The position numbers and the translations under genes were made by a program. 64,000 bases of DNA from Saccostrea echinata (taxonomy: Eukaryota), in assembly GCF_033153115.1 (NCBI RefSeq), contig NW_026889782.1:24304001-24368000 (forward strand), written 5' to 3'. Below, one piece after another: positions 49,738 through 63,300 of the stretch. The notes beneath the pieces were generated by a model that saw nothing but the letters and a program-made list of their open reading frames with translations, did no database searches and was not told where the DNA came from. Positions within the stretch are counted from its first letter, which is position 1. Every line of letters starts with the position of its first letter.

Positions 49738-50858
49738 TTAGGGCCCCGCAAGGATTTGCGGGTGCCCTATAGTAATCACTCTGTCTGTCTGTCCGTCTGT
49801 CATTCTTCCGTCCACAAATTTTCTGTTTTTTTCTAATAACATTTTTTTAGGGTTGACCAATTAAGTTCAAATTTGGTATGTTGGTTGAATAGGCAGTAAG
49901 ACACATGTTGATGCTAAGTTTGATTCTCTATGTCATCCGGTTTGGAGCTGGGGTGGTGGGATATATTCCGTAACTTTATATAAGAGTGAATGGACAAAGA
50001 GAGATAACTGCTGAGAATGTTCCTATTGTAAACTATGAAAGGCTGCAATAAGTCTCTTGGGATTAATTAACTTTCCTCTTGAAGAAAATCCAAAGCATTT
50101 ATCTTTATCTGCCACATTGAGATTAATTAACACCTCTGTGTGCAAATGAAGTTTGTTTTGAAGTTAAGGTCAATTCTGAATGATGTTTACATTCTCTGAA
50201 ATGTGGATTTAAATAATGTTCATACTTTATTTTGTTAAAATACACAATGAGTTATGATTTTATTGAATTCTAGAAACAAGATATAGATAAAGATACCGTT
50301 TTTATTATTATTTTCTTTTTTTCTGCCTTATGTAAATTCAAGAATACTAATTATTTTAACAGGTATTCAGATAATAACCTCATTCTATCATTGCTGAAAA
50401 AGTTCTTATTGTAAACTTAGAAGAAAAGGTTGAGAGAGCAGTATAATTAATCCCGTGGGTTTGATTATCTTGCTGGTTTGCAGAATATTTTAGAGGGTTA
50501 TCTTTCTGTCACTTTAAGATTAATTAACACCTTTGTCTGCAACTGATATTTGTTTTGAAGTTAGGTCAAGCCTGGGTGATATCTGCATTCACTGAAGGCT
50601 GGCATTTTAGAAAACACGTCCTTCATTCATTTTTAAATATACATTTAATTGAGTTATTATAGATAGGATGTTTTATACTGCCTTATGTAAATACAAGGAT
50701 ACTATTTACAGATTGTTGGATATTTAGCAGTTGCTGTTGCTTATTCTTTATATATTTTGAAATTTTTTGGAATCAGGTAAAATTCACATCCCCTAATCTG
50801 CACCCTTTCTATTTCTAACCCTCGTTGGGGACCTTGCTGACTGGTCAGATTTCTAGTT
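49738..50858 (+). mobile_element. Helentron/HINE
   Basis: 5' hairpin, (TCTG/TCCG)n, two ~390-bp internal repeats, and 3' CTGAC-tg-GTCAG plus TTCTAGTT. Confidence 0.8.
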
Positions 50859-52469
50859 TATTTTGCAATGTTGTAACTAGTGCTTTAATAAATAAATTGG
50901 AATGATAAAGGAACAGTTACCAATATACACAAGTAATAATATGTTCCAGTTTATTTATGAAAATTTCAATTGTAAAAAATTCAGAAAATTGCTTAGATGT
51001 TGTAGGACTAACAGTATTAAATACTGTGAGCAGTAATAGAGCAAATAAACTTTATAAAATAAACTTTACTTAATGTATATTAGTTTAATAAAGTTTTATT
51101 TCTCTTTGAAAATCTTCCAGAAAGCAAAACCGGATATTTAACAGACAATTACATTAAATATTGCGCCAAAACGTGAAAAAATGGCGTCCGACAAGACGAG
51201 TGACAAGAAAACAAAATGTCGAAAAAAATTCAAAAGCTATTCTAGAGAACAAATTAACAAAATTATCGCATCAACATTTATAAAAACGCCTGAAAACGAT
51301 AATATATACAAAAAATATACAAAATATCTATCAAATATATAAAAAATGCAGATGATATCACCCACGTGTTCATTGAAAACACGAGTGACAAGGAAAAATA
51401 TTAATTTGACACAAAAAAGTACGTAGGCGTGCAAAAAATATCACACACAACGTTTATTGAAATGCATGTGTAAGAAAATGTTGAAATATAGCAAAAATAT
51501 GACAAATTGTCGCACACAACGTTTTCTGAAAACTCACGTGTACGAAAATACGAAGTTTCAAACCTATGCGAAAGTACACAACGTTTATTTAAACGCTCGT
51601 GTACAAATATGTAATTGCTAAAATATAGCACACAACGTTTAGTAAAACGCACGTGTACTAGTTTCAAAGAAAAACAGTAGTTTATTTACAAACATTTCAC
51701 GACAAAAGGTTAAATAGACATGGCCGAATTGTTGGAACCTCGTGCTTCAACGTTTAAACAACGCCCGTGCACGACGAGTTTCCGTAAAAAGTGTCACAAA
51801 ATGACCGTGAATAATTTAACAGAATTTGGTAAATACCGAGTTGACCCGTGATGCCAAAATTGTAGTCTACAGCAATCGTACTAACGTTAAATTAACACCC
51901 GTACGACAAATTAATCTACTCAGTAATTTGCAGAAAAGTAGGACTATCCTACCCGCGACGCCAATTGTCGTGTAACCGAGTTAATATTGGTTACTATAAC
52001 TCACAATAGAGTAAAAAAGGCTGGCGCCTTACCGTAAACAGGCGACAGCATACATGGTAAATAGACATGGGATGAGTCCAGGCATACATCAACAATAACA
52101 ACACACAAACAATACGTAGACAGGAAAACGGGTAAACGTGTTCTAAGTTAGACATCAGGACCAGGACTAAAGCTTCAGTACGCCTAATACGGAGCATCAC
52201 GTGGCATGCCCAGTATGCGGGTAGACCAGGGTCAGAGGTCATGTACACAGAGAGTTGGGAGAATACAATAACATGTAAAACCTAATTTTACTACAGTACC
52301 ATTAGCAATTAATAGTAATCTATTATGAATGTAAATTTGTTCATCTTCAAACAAAGTTATATTGTGGAAAAATATTAGGAAAAAAAAATTTCATCAGTAT
52401 AGAAATATATACTTTGATTATTTACGTAATTAGCAGTCTGAAATGAAATGGATATAATCTGAATCAGCC

Positions 52470-53800
52470 AAAAGTCTTTGTATTTTGATTTCTTCTTCTT
52501 TGGTACACTTACAGACTTTACACATCTACTCCAAATGCTTTCTCCCGAAAATTCATGTGCATTTTTTGTAATTTTTCTTTTCATTTTGACTAGCGAGGCA
52601 TTCTGTGATTTTCCATACTGAAGTAAATTCCCTATCAAAATTTTCATTCCAGTGACAGACTACTAAGTAAGCTCTTATACTGTTCATCAGGAAATGAAAT
52701 TCTTTTGTCTTTCTATACATTTACATTATTAAAACTTTCAAAATTGTATGTGTCCCGGCATAGTAGATAGTTTTGAGGATTTTTAAATGTAATGGAGTTT
52801 TTATAACTCCCAATAATAGTTGTTCTGCAAGTAGATCTGTTATAACCTTTCCTGAAACTTTCATAATTTGAATTTTTTTCATGGTGATGTTGAGTGGTAC
52901 ATGTTTGCGTCATGTTTTTTTTAAAATAATGTTGAATAATATTTAAAAGAAGGGACCGAAGTTTCTCTGGATTTCCCTCACAGTTTTTGATAGCCCTGTT
53001 GAAATGGGTAGCTAAAGGTTCTACTTTGTTATCTAACTGTGATGACCAGGTTTTCCCTTCCAAATAAGCTGATTTACTGGAATTTTTTTTTCAAGGCAGA
53101 CTTCACGGATTTCACAGCATGCAAAGTGACATTCTGACTGTCGGAATCACATTTCTCTTTAATGAATTTATGAATGGATAAGTTCCTATCATGAGCATGA
53201 ACACCAACTGTTACATCTTGATCCTTTAGCTGTTGATAAATCGTTTCTGTTAAATTCCCAATCTTTCGTGCCTTTGAGTCACAATATCATCAGATTTGGT
53301 GACATGTTCACAGGATAATACTCTATGTGTCTTCTCTCCAATGGCCACCACACTTGTGTCTTAAGCATTTTTTTCTCCAATCATGTCCAGCGTCTGTCAT
53401 GTTTACTCTGCCAAGTTCTTCATTCTTATATGTAACTCCGTCCAGAACAGATGTATAATTTATATTGAGTCCTCATATTCGTCTGTGAATATTTCTTTTC
53501 TTTGTTGAGGAACTTTTGTGTGCTGTTTTTAAAACTCTGTAAAATGCCAGCAAAATCAAAAAAATAATAATGGGATGGTAGCATTTCACTGCAGGAAAAT
53601 GAGTGGTTTTCTGTGTTATTTACCAAATACTCCTTATTTGGTAAATTAGGGGAGGACCACAAGACTGATTTCCAGAAAATCTTGCAGAAAAAATATGCTC
53701 TTTGTGTTGCACTTTCTTAATTTTTTTATTGCCCCTGCAATATATAATATTTAATGGATGGCGGCAAGGTTTGGGGAGCCGTGGATTCACCATACTTACA
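52470..53800 (-). pseudogene. Kolobok-like DDE transposase remnant
   Basis: DAGHDWRKNA, VHAHDRNLSI, LHAVKSVK, HFNRAIKNCEGNPEKL, DTYNFESFNN...KRISF, WNEN. Confidence 0.7.
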
Positions 53801-53852
53801 AGCATAAGTATTAACTGTCAGTTATGATGAAAATACAGTCCATAATACATAT

Positions 53853-54151
53853 AGATTGATTGACTGTATGTCGTTTTACGTCCCATTTGAGAATTTATAT
53901 ATACTCATATAGAGACGTCACCATATACCGGTGAAGGGCTTCAAATATTGACCTTTACTCGGCACTTATGCCATTGAGCAGCGAGGGATCTTTATCGTGC
54001 CAACGCCTGCCGTGACACGGGGCATTGGTCTCGAAGGTCTCATCCGGAGGACCCGCAACTTTCACTTCAAAGTGCCGAGCGCATGGCGAAGGAACAGTTG
54101 CTTTCATTTTATATCGACTTAGGTCAGTCGCGGCCGAGATTCAAACTCATG
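53853..54151 (-). mobile_element. SINE family B (5'-truncated)
   Basis: Same Meta-like middle as the 27160 copy; the same Deu/Nin-like core and tail as family A. Confidence 0.85.
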
Positions 54152-54949
54152 ACGTTTAAGAAATGAAGCCCAGTGAAATTTGCAATATTGACAGAATCAT
54201 TATCATCTAGTTTTGTTAAAACTGACAATATCGTAGTTCTGACACACATTTTCTAAATCTGGTGACCTGAGCTTTTGACTTTAAACCACAAACACTTAGA
54301 GTCAAAAAAAATTTAAGCGACTTCTGGAGTTGTAAGCAGCATTATCAGGTGGCGGCTTTCCAGTACAAGGCCTAATCCTTTGTGGTCAGTTTCATTGAAG
54401 CCAATCTAGAACAAATCATCTGGGGATTTTATTATTGCTCTGTTCCAAATTTTCATAGCGACATGGATTTTCCCTTCACGGGTATATGCACTTCTAACCT
54501 GTTCGTTGTTTCGTATCATATGGAACATTCTGCATCTCAAGTTGGTGAGATTTTTTTTTCCACATTTCCCAAACCTATAACACTAAAGATGATATATAGG
54601 ACAGCTACCAGGGATGGGGCCCTGACTAAGCTCCCTCTATAACAATATATAATAATAATCCCTACAGCACCACTCAGGGTGCTAAATATCTATATCTAAA
54701 CACAATGTCTCACATAATTTATTCATATCATACATTCAATATGTATATTAAGTAAATTGTATAATATCTAATATCAAAGAATATTTATCCGGATGCAATT
54801 TTGGTTCTTAATTTCTTGTTCGTATTTGCAATCCGGTGCGACTCATGAATGTGTTCCAATATAATGAATAAATGGGAAAAAAACCCATTGAACTTAATTT
54901 AAATCTGGACTGTGGAAAACAGGTAACAGTTCCTCGAATTCTGTTAATA

Positions 54950-56940
54950 CAGTTAACGTTAAATTCATATCTCCCTTAAAATTGCGTTTATCATTTCTTA
55001 ACAATTGAAAAATTAATTTCATTTCTTTCGTGAATGTTTTTTGGAGCAATGAGGTAGTTATTTTTTTATTTTCATACTTGATACTGTTTCTTGTTTTCCA
55101 TATTGACCACTTATATATATATAAATCAAAGTGTTAACACAAATTCGAACATTTTTGGGTTCACTGGCAAATCCCAGTAGAACAGTACATGCATCAAATT
55201 TAATTGAATCCTTTATAGATATTAGTAAAATTATTCTTTGTACCAATTCTAAAACTGGTTTGACGTGTTTACATTCAAAAAATAAATGCTTCTGGCTCTC
55301 AATATTTGCTTTACGAAAAAGGCATTTGCCATTTGATAAACCCATTATACGTAGTTTTTCCTCGGTGTAAAAGATATTTTGCAAACATTTCCATTGGAAT
55401 TCTTGAATTTTTATATCCCCGCTCCGAAGGAGAGGGGGGTATACTGTTTTACCCTTGTGTGTCCGTGTGTCTGTCCGTTACAAATTTTCGTCACAGTTTT
55501 CTCAGCAACCACTCATCATAGATGCTTGAAATTTTAGCACAATCTTTGTTTAGGCATGCCATATGATCGGATTCATTTTTGTTCAAATCCGATGTCAACA
55601 TCCTGTATATCCGTACGTCTGTCCGTACCAAATTTTCGTCGCACATTTCTCAGCAACTACTCAGCGCAGATGCTTGAAATTTTAGCACAGTCTTTGTTTA
55701 GGCATGCCAAATGGTGGGATTTGTTTTTATATGAATTAGATGTCAACTTCCTGTTTATCCGTGTGTCTGTCCATAACAAATTTTTCGTTGCAGTTTTCTC
55801 AGCGACTACTCATCACAGATGCTTGAAATTTTAGCACACTCTTTGTTTAGGCAGGCCATATAGTGGGACTCATTTTTGTTTAAATCTGACGTCAACTTTC
55901 TGTTTATCCGTGCATCTGTCTGTACCAAATTTCCGTCACAGTTTTCTCTGCAACTACTCAGCGAAGATGCTTGGAATTTTAGCACAATCTTTGTTTAGGC
56001 ATGCCAGATGGTGGGATTCATTTTTGTATGAATTAGATGTCAACATGAGAGGGTAACCGTATATTCACATCAGAGCGGGGGTATTACTAGTGAGCATTCG
56101 CTCACAGACTTCTTGCTTGTTTTAATTTAGCTTTGTAAATTGACTCCCAAATTCTTTCCCTTGTAATGTCAATTTGCAGCAAATTTTCCCATTTTTCTTG
56201 CGATTTGGGAGTAACATTTTTGTTTAACACTCTTTGTAGGTCTTTATATCATCAAAATTTGATGTCCAATCCTCCCTCAGCTTTCCTGAGGCAGCAAACA
56301 TTCCTATCTACTTTGTTTACTTTCTGATCCCATATATAAGACCAGATAATGTCATTTATCTTTTTACTATAAATATTTGGTATGCCTCTCATTTCAAATT
56401 CAAATCCAATAATAGGAATTACTAGGTTTTTAATTATTAATGTTTTTCCTTTAAATGTTAAATTTTTAGTTTTCCAAACATGAAGACAATTGGTATTTTT
56501 TTTTCTATTTTTTCCATCCAAATAGCTTTTATGTCAATATCATATCCATGGTTCACACCTAAAGTTTTAACATTTGTTGTTGTCCACTGTATTTTATTAA
56601 ATTTAGGTTTTTTACCCTTTGATCTCCCAATGTATATACCCTTTGTTTTAGCAAAATTTATTTTTGCTCCTGATGCCTTTTCATATATTTCTAAAACTTT
56701 AAAGAATTCTTCTATAGATTCTTCATCCTTAATAAAAAGTTGTGTATCATCCGCAAACATTGATTTTGCATTCAATATGCTGGATATTGTTAGGAATATG
56801 TATACCTTTAATGTTTGAATTTAGGCGTATGGCACAAGCCAATGGCTCTATTTGTAATACATATAACAAGGGAGCTATTGGACAACCTTGATAATGTAAA
56901 ATATTTGGATAGGAACCCATTTGTGTTGGTGAGATCTTCA
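54950..56940 (-). pseudogene. L1/Tx1-clade LINE ORF2 3' remnant (RT plus C-terminal zinc finger)
   Basis: [52 protein letters not shown]. Confidence 0.88.
55409..56115 (+). mobile_element. Helentron with ~150-bp repeats, inserted in the LINE
   Basis: 5' ATCCCCGCTCC/GGAGAGGGGGTAT, (TGTC/TCCG)n, four monomers, and 3' GAGCGGGGGTAT plus GTGAGC-attc-GCTCAC. Confidence 0.9.
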
Positions 56941-56942
56941 GT

Positions 56943-57188
56943 CAAGGCCGCAGGAACCGGGAGGGCACGGGGGGCCGTGCCCCCCCTTCCCCCCTGCCCA
57001 ATAATTTTGCAGATATATAGATTACTAAAGAAAACATAGCTACTATATGCTTGTGCCCCCTCAATAAATACGTCTGATGACCTTTTTTTTTTTTTGCTTG
57101 TCAAGAAATTTTAGGTAGTTGATAGTGCCCCCTCAACTGAAAATGTATGGCTGTGCCCCTCAAATTGAAATTGCTTCCTACGGGCCTG
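56943..57188 (-). mobile_element. MITE, second copy of 2449-2704
   Basis: Reverse-complement similarity over the whole length, including the TIRs. Confidence 0.85.
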
Positions 57189-58289
57189 TATTGATGAGTG
57201 CTATGCAACTGCATCAACATTTTTGACCTTGACCTTATTTTTCTTAAATTAATGTTTAGCTCAGTTTTAAAGATACCATTCAAGGCAGTGTAATCAAAAT
57301 TCATGTGTTGATACATACTGATGTGAGCTATTCAACTGCATCCACATTTTTCGACCTTGAGCTTTCCTTTGACCTTGACCTCACTTTTCTTAAATTTGTG
57401 TTTAGCTCAGTTAATACAGTGTTATCAAACTTCATATGTTGATACATACTGATGAGAGCTATTCAACTGCATCACCATTTTTTGACCGCCACATTCCTTT
57501 GACCTTGACCTCACTTTTCTCTAATTAGTGTTTAGCTCAGTTTTAATGATACCATTCAATACAGTGTTATCAAACTTCACATGTTGATACATACCGATAG
57601 GAGCTATTCAACTGCATCAACATTTTTTTTACCTTGACCATTCCTTTAACCTTGACCTCACTTTTCTTAAATTAGTGTCACACTTCATATGCTGAGACAT
57701 ACTGATGTAAGCTATTCAACTGCATTATAATTTTTTGACCTTGACCTTTCCTTTGACTTCACTTTTCTCAATTTGTGTTTAACTGAGATTTAAAGAAAAC
57801 ATAATATTTTTATCAAAATTCATATGATAATACATACTGATGTAACCTTTTCAACTGCATCAACATTTTTTGACCTTGACCTTTCCTTTAACCTTAATTC
57901 ATTTATCTTGAATCAGTGTTTAGCTCAGTTTAAAATAAACCATGCAAAGTACTTTTATCAAACTTTAATATGCTGATACCTATTTGTGGGAAGTATTTAA
58001 CATTTGACCTTGAACTTTCCTGTAACATTGACCTCACTTTTCTTAGGTTTGCATTTTGCTTAATTTTAAAGAAACCATTTAAGATATATTTATGTAAGTT
58101 TATGCACTTATACATAATTTGGTGAGAATATATCATCTCGTATATCCAACTTTTTAGATTTCAATTTCAATTCTAAAGAAACTATTCAAGATATTCTCAT
58201 CAAATTTTATACACTTATTCAAATTAACATGTTGCATTAGTAATATACCCTCGGCGTGGCATTCATGTCCTATGGACATAGTTCTAGTT
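57189..58289 (+). mobile_element. 5'-truncated Helentron with degenerate ~120-145 bp repeats
   Basis: TGACCTTGACC-rich monomers; 3' ATGTCC-tat-GGACAT palindrome plus TTCTAGTTT. Confidence 0.8.
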
Positions 58290-59009
58290 TAATTTGGGTC
58301 TGATCTGGGACATGTCCAGATATCGAGTCACCCAAGTGCAATATATGCTAACCGATGTAAAATTCCGCCATGTTATATTATGATGCCCATTATAATAATC
58401 ATTTTTATTTTTTCATTACACATTGATCTGTTATATCACCGTAATTACAATATTAAACAAAATTTTATACATAACGTTTTAATTCTGTTGATTTCAAAGT
58501 TCAAAAACGGTTACATTACATACCAAATGGCGGTGAAACGCCTAACTTGGTAGGCTGGTTGGTATTTTATCAAGGATAAATTAATTATTAACTTTTATTA
58601 AAAAATTTTACAGGTCTTTGATGTAACTTTTTTAATGAACAATAAAATGGCATACAACTTCCAAAATCGAACAAAAAAACCAACATCCAATTTGAACAAA
58701 AATATAAGCAATGCGATACATGTAAGTAAATTGTAAAGTTTAAATAAAATGCAAAAAAAAATTAAATAAAATAAACATCAACGTTTTAGAAGTATTTTAA
58801 AATTTCCGTACCTAAAACATCCTGGTCTCTTATGTATCGCTACTAGCATTCTAAGATGGAAAATAAATTTAGAGTAAATTATTTTATTCATTTAATTAAG
58901 AATTCAAGAAAAAGAAAATAGGAAAATTGGATTAAAAAATGTTCTTCTGTTGCACGGGACAGTTGTCGCAATAATTTTGACGTTGATGTCCATATCATTT
59001 CTCCTATTG

Positions 59010-60044
59010 TTTTTAAAACGAACTGCAGGATCGAGATCGGCAAAAGAAACCTGCCAGCGACGTGATGGGATGGAAGTGTTCGGCCTCCTCTGTGTCGTCG
59101 TGGAGTAAGAATATCTTCTTTAGTTCCTCGTCGTGGTTGGTTGGAACTAATGTGAGAGAAGGTGTTTCCCATCTTAACACTGATGACTGAGATGTTAACA
59201 CCGAGAAATTCTTCTAAACAAGGGATGTACATGTAAGTCAGCGGAGCGTCGTCGACGAAGTTCATCGTTGTACACACTCATTTCTTCAAATTGTATTGAG
59301 TTTCGTTATGGTTTTTACACAAATCTTAGTAATACAAGAGCGTACACTGCTCATATAAAAAGGAAAATTTCATCCGGTGTTGAGAGTCGGATGACGAGCC
59401 TTGACTTTTCCAAATTCGACATCGTGGGTTTTACAGATGTTGGCTAACAGACGAGAGTCGCGCAGACGAGACACTCGTTATCGGTATTTTGTATCTTTTT
59501 GATGGATTTTTTGTCCGCGATGGCTTTGGCGACGGAAGACATTTTTACTACCGTACCACCGCGGGGATTTTTGAGGGCTCCGATGTCGATTCGACCGGAT
59601 GAATCGAAAGGTAAGTCTTGGTGACTGTTGAAGACGATCATCAGACTTTCTAACATGGCGTCCGCATCCATCTCCTCCATGGGTCGACAGGGGACAAACA
59701 CCGGTAGGTCCAGATGGTCGTTGTAAATGACATCCCCCAAAGGTCCCCAGGTCAGAGATCTTTCTTCACGTTTTGAAGCATTTGATCGAAGGCATCTTTG
59801 AGCAAGCTCCTGACTTCGATCATCTTTTTTCCCGGAAGAGGCGATCATTAAATGTCAATTCGTAATTGACGTCCACAGCTCCAGCTTTTTTTTTTCAGAT
59901 TATACGACCGGTATTACCTTGGTTTGCAAAAAAGTCGAAGGGGTCATCTTACACTAACAGAGAATCTGCTTCGTGGAAAGTGACATCGGTAATCTCTCTG
60001 AAGTCAACAAGAACAAAGCCCGGGTCCCCGTCCATGTCCTCCAT
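59010..60044 (-). pseudogene. polB: Maverick/Polinton protein-primed PolB N-terminal region
   Basis: AFDQMLQNVKKDL*PGD...IYNDHLDLPVFVP...VFNSHQDLPFDSSGRIDIG...PRGG...KKSIKKIQNTDNECL...EEFLGVNISVIS...KIFLLH...HFHPITSLAGFFCRSRSC. Confidence 0.8.
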
Positions 60045-60459
60045 GTGAAATGTACAACCGAGTATGTTGACTTTTAATGAATTAAACTAAAACTATAGTA
60101 TCGATGTCTGTTTAGAACTATTGCATTGTAGATAGAGTAATGCTCTGTACTACAGGTGTTAATTTAAAAAAAATGAATTTAAGAACTAACACCACATCAT
60201 ACTATAAATATTGAATGAAGTTACTGAATTTTTGCAATACTTTGCACACCAAAACACTTCCTTAGCATGATTTTTTAATATTGAAAACAAAAATGTAAGT
60301 CTTAGACGTTTTTGTGAAAAAAAACGGACTACTGATAGTTTACACTTTACGAAAAGAGGAGTCAATGTGTACAGATAATAACATTTATTAGTAACACAGT
60401 ACAGGACACAGGATTTCAAACCGGTCACGTACATAGTTATATTCAACCCCATTAATTAA

Positions 60460-62570
60460 TTTTATGGAAAATAAATTAATATAGATTTTTTTTAATTTTA
60501 ATTATACAAGATGATATTAATTGAAACTTTTTAAAACATTAATTTTAAAACGAATCATTAACAGTATACGTCGTTTTTTTCCGTTACTTACATTTACAAA
60601 CTATCCTGTTTTTTATCCTTTGAGAGAAGGTTGTATCGTGTACCTTCGCCGGCACTGGGATCTTGCTCTTCACCCGAGTTGACTTGCTGGCAGCGGAAAG
60701 CAGGGAAGTCTCCTCAATCTCGAAAGAAAATTAAATCTCTTGCTGTCTGCAATGAATGCAATAAAAAAAATTAGTAACAATAATTGAAAAACAGCTGTAA
60801 ACATACTGAGAATTTTATTATAGTTATTTAATAAACATACTTCTGTTAAATATTGAATAACGAACGCTATTTACTACAAAGCACTTTCGTATTCGTATAT
60901 AGTTTGCCTTGTTGTTCTCATTGTCATCCTCTTTCTTTTTTAATCGTCTCTACAGTCAAATAATAAAAGATCGTTTTTTCCTTTGGTAATATTTCAATAC
61001 ACATATACATGCTAAAATAAATATTGGAGTAGTAAAGACGTTTGATGGCCACCCCTAACACCTGCACACCTGTCAATTAAGTTCAGGGGGGTTAATGCAT
61101 TAAACCTGATCGATTTTAATTCGGGATTTCGATCGTTAAAAGATCAAGGTCACCTGTCGTATGGGGTTAATTAAGGTGAATGGAATGCAACATTGAAAAT
61201 TACTATATATATAAGGACGGCTGAATTGTGACGTAAAGATTGTCCCTCCTTTATAAATTAATTTATTTTCATTTTCAATCAGAATGAATCTTTTATTGAT
61301 ATCAGAGCAAATGACACTCTGTGAATTCATACAACCTTTTTCAATCTCTGGAAATGTATTTGTGACCGTCTGCTTATATGGAAATATTTTGCGTGATGAC
61401 CTGAGGGTTTTCTTAAATAGGAAAGCCATTATAAAAGGTTTGTACCTGACTGCGACAGAATAGAAACAGACTATTACAGAGCATTCCATTAATTAATGAC
61501 GCAATTAAAAAGTTCCAGTAATTCTGTGTAAAAAGAAAACAATTTTATTGGATTCAATATTTTTCAATTCTTCAAAATGAAATTTTAATACAATTTTTCT
61601 AGTTTCTGAATCTGTGACCTGTAAAATAAAACAAATGAAGAATAAATGACAAGAATATAAACCTGATTTATTTATTTTTTTCTGAGAAAATGAAACGAAT
61701 TAAAGTTTACACCGGAAAATACAAATACAACTTTCGTAAAAAAAAAAAAAAAAAAAGGAAAAATCTATCGTATAAAATAAATTAATGTAGATTTTATTTT
61801 TATTTTAAGCATACAAGATGATATTAATTGAAACTTTTTAAAGTATTAATTTTAAAACGAATCATTAAAAATATACGTCGTTTTTTCCGTTACTTTCATT
61901 TACAAACTTTTCCGTTTTTTTATCCTTTGAGCTAAGGTTGTATCCTGTACCTTCAGCCGCCACCGGGATCTTGCTCTTCACCCGAGTACCCTTTCTGGCA
62001 GCGGAAAGCAGGGACGTCTCCTCAATCTCGAAAGCAAATGTCCTGCTGTCTGCAATGAATACACTTTAAAAAAATTAGTAACAATAATTAAAAAACAGCT
62101 GTAAACATACTGAGAATTTTCTTATAGTTATTTAATAAACATTAATATTAATTGTTAAATATTCAGTAACGAACGCTATTTACTACAAAGCACTTTCCTA
62201 TTCGTATATTGTTGCCTTGTTGTTCTCATTGTCATTCTCTTCGTTTCTAATCATCTCTACAGTTAAATCATAAAAGATGGATTTTTTTCTTTGGTAATAT
62301 TTCAATATACATATGCTAAAATAAATATGGGAGTAGTATAGGCGTCTGTTGGTCACCCCTAACACCTGTCAATTATGTTAATTAAGGTCAGAGGGGTGGA
62401 TACATTAAACCTGATCGATTTTAATTAGGGATCCCGATCGACAAAAGATCAAGGTCTCATGTCTTGTGGGGTTAATTAAGGTTAAATTAATGCAACATTG
62501 ATAATAACTACATAGATGAGGACGGCTGAATTGTGACGTTAAGATTGTCCCTCCTTCATGAAATAATTTT
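60460..62570. repeat. ~1.3-kb-period direct duplication (60460-61260 vs 61770-62570), with inverted homology to 24700-26134
   Basis: ATACAAGATGATATTAATTGAAAC occurs at ~60503 and ~61811. 61028-61760 and 62332-62975 are reverse complements of parts of 24700-26134. Confidence 0.9.
61282..61480 (+). pseudogene. Truncated copy of the PC4-like gene at 25050-25397
   Basis: NESFIDIRANDTL/EFIQPFSISGNVFVTVCLYGNILRDDLRVFLNRKAIIKGLYLTATE*. Confidence 0.7.
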
Positions 62571-63300
62571 CATGAAGGAGAGTTAAAACAAATAATGAAT
62601 ATTGACTCTGAGATAAAAAGGGATTTGTAGATAACAATAAAGTACATAAATATGAATAAAGTGACAAAATTTAATTTCAGGGATATCCAAGTCAACGGTT
62701 AGAAAGGAAATAATTCACCAATGCAAGTCCAACCCCCTTCTTTCATCACACACAAACACATACACACATTTTTTTATGATAATTCCAGGATTATGAAAAG
62801 TCTTAGGGTTCGAAATTGAGCTTTTCTTTCTTTCTTTCTTTTTTTTTTGGAGGGGGGGGTATAAAAAACTTGAGAATAATTTAAGATCATAATTAATTTT
62901 CTTTTCTTAGATTCGAATATAGTTTTACATGACGAATTACTCTCCAGAACATCCTTAAAGAGACTTTTCATTAATACTTTTATGAAAACCTGTTCGTTCT
63001 AGATTCATTTAAGGATATCCGATCCTCAGCCAGGAAGGATAACTCTTAAATTTATTATTTCATTTAAAAGGTCTCGGAATGAAGCTTGAAATTTAAATCT
63101 TAGTTTTCATTTTATGCACCTTAATATGATTCAAAGTCTTAAAAATGTTCCTGTAAAAAGTTGACATTTGTACCCCATAAAAGAAAAAAAATGAATTCAA
63201 TTTTAGAGAAATCTAATTTTCTTTAGTCTAGCCTAAGATACCACTGCTTATTAGCATGATATGAAATTAGATGTGATGTCTAGCGATGATAGCACAAGCT

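Larger units (their letters stand above)
42559..52295 (-). mobile_element. Old LTR retrotransposon carrying a TatD ORF, with no detectable pol and multiple nested insertions
   Basis: 330-bp LTRs at 42559-42888 and 51966-52295 (~28 mismatches counted by eye); TSD GTAC; PBS TGGCGTCGCGGGTAGGA at 51947-51963 (tRNA-Ser-like); PPT at 42889-42900. Confidence 0.92.
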
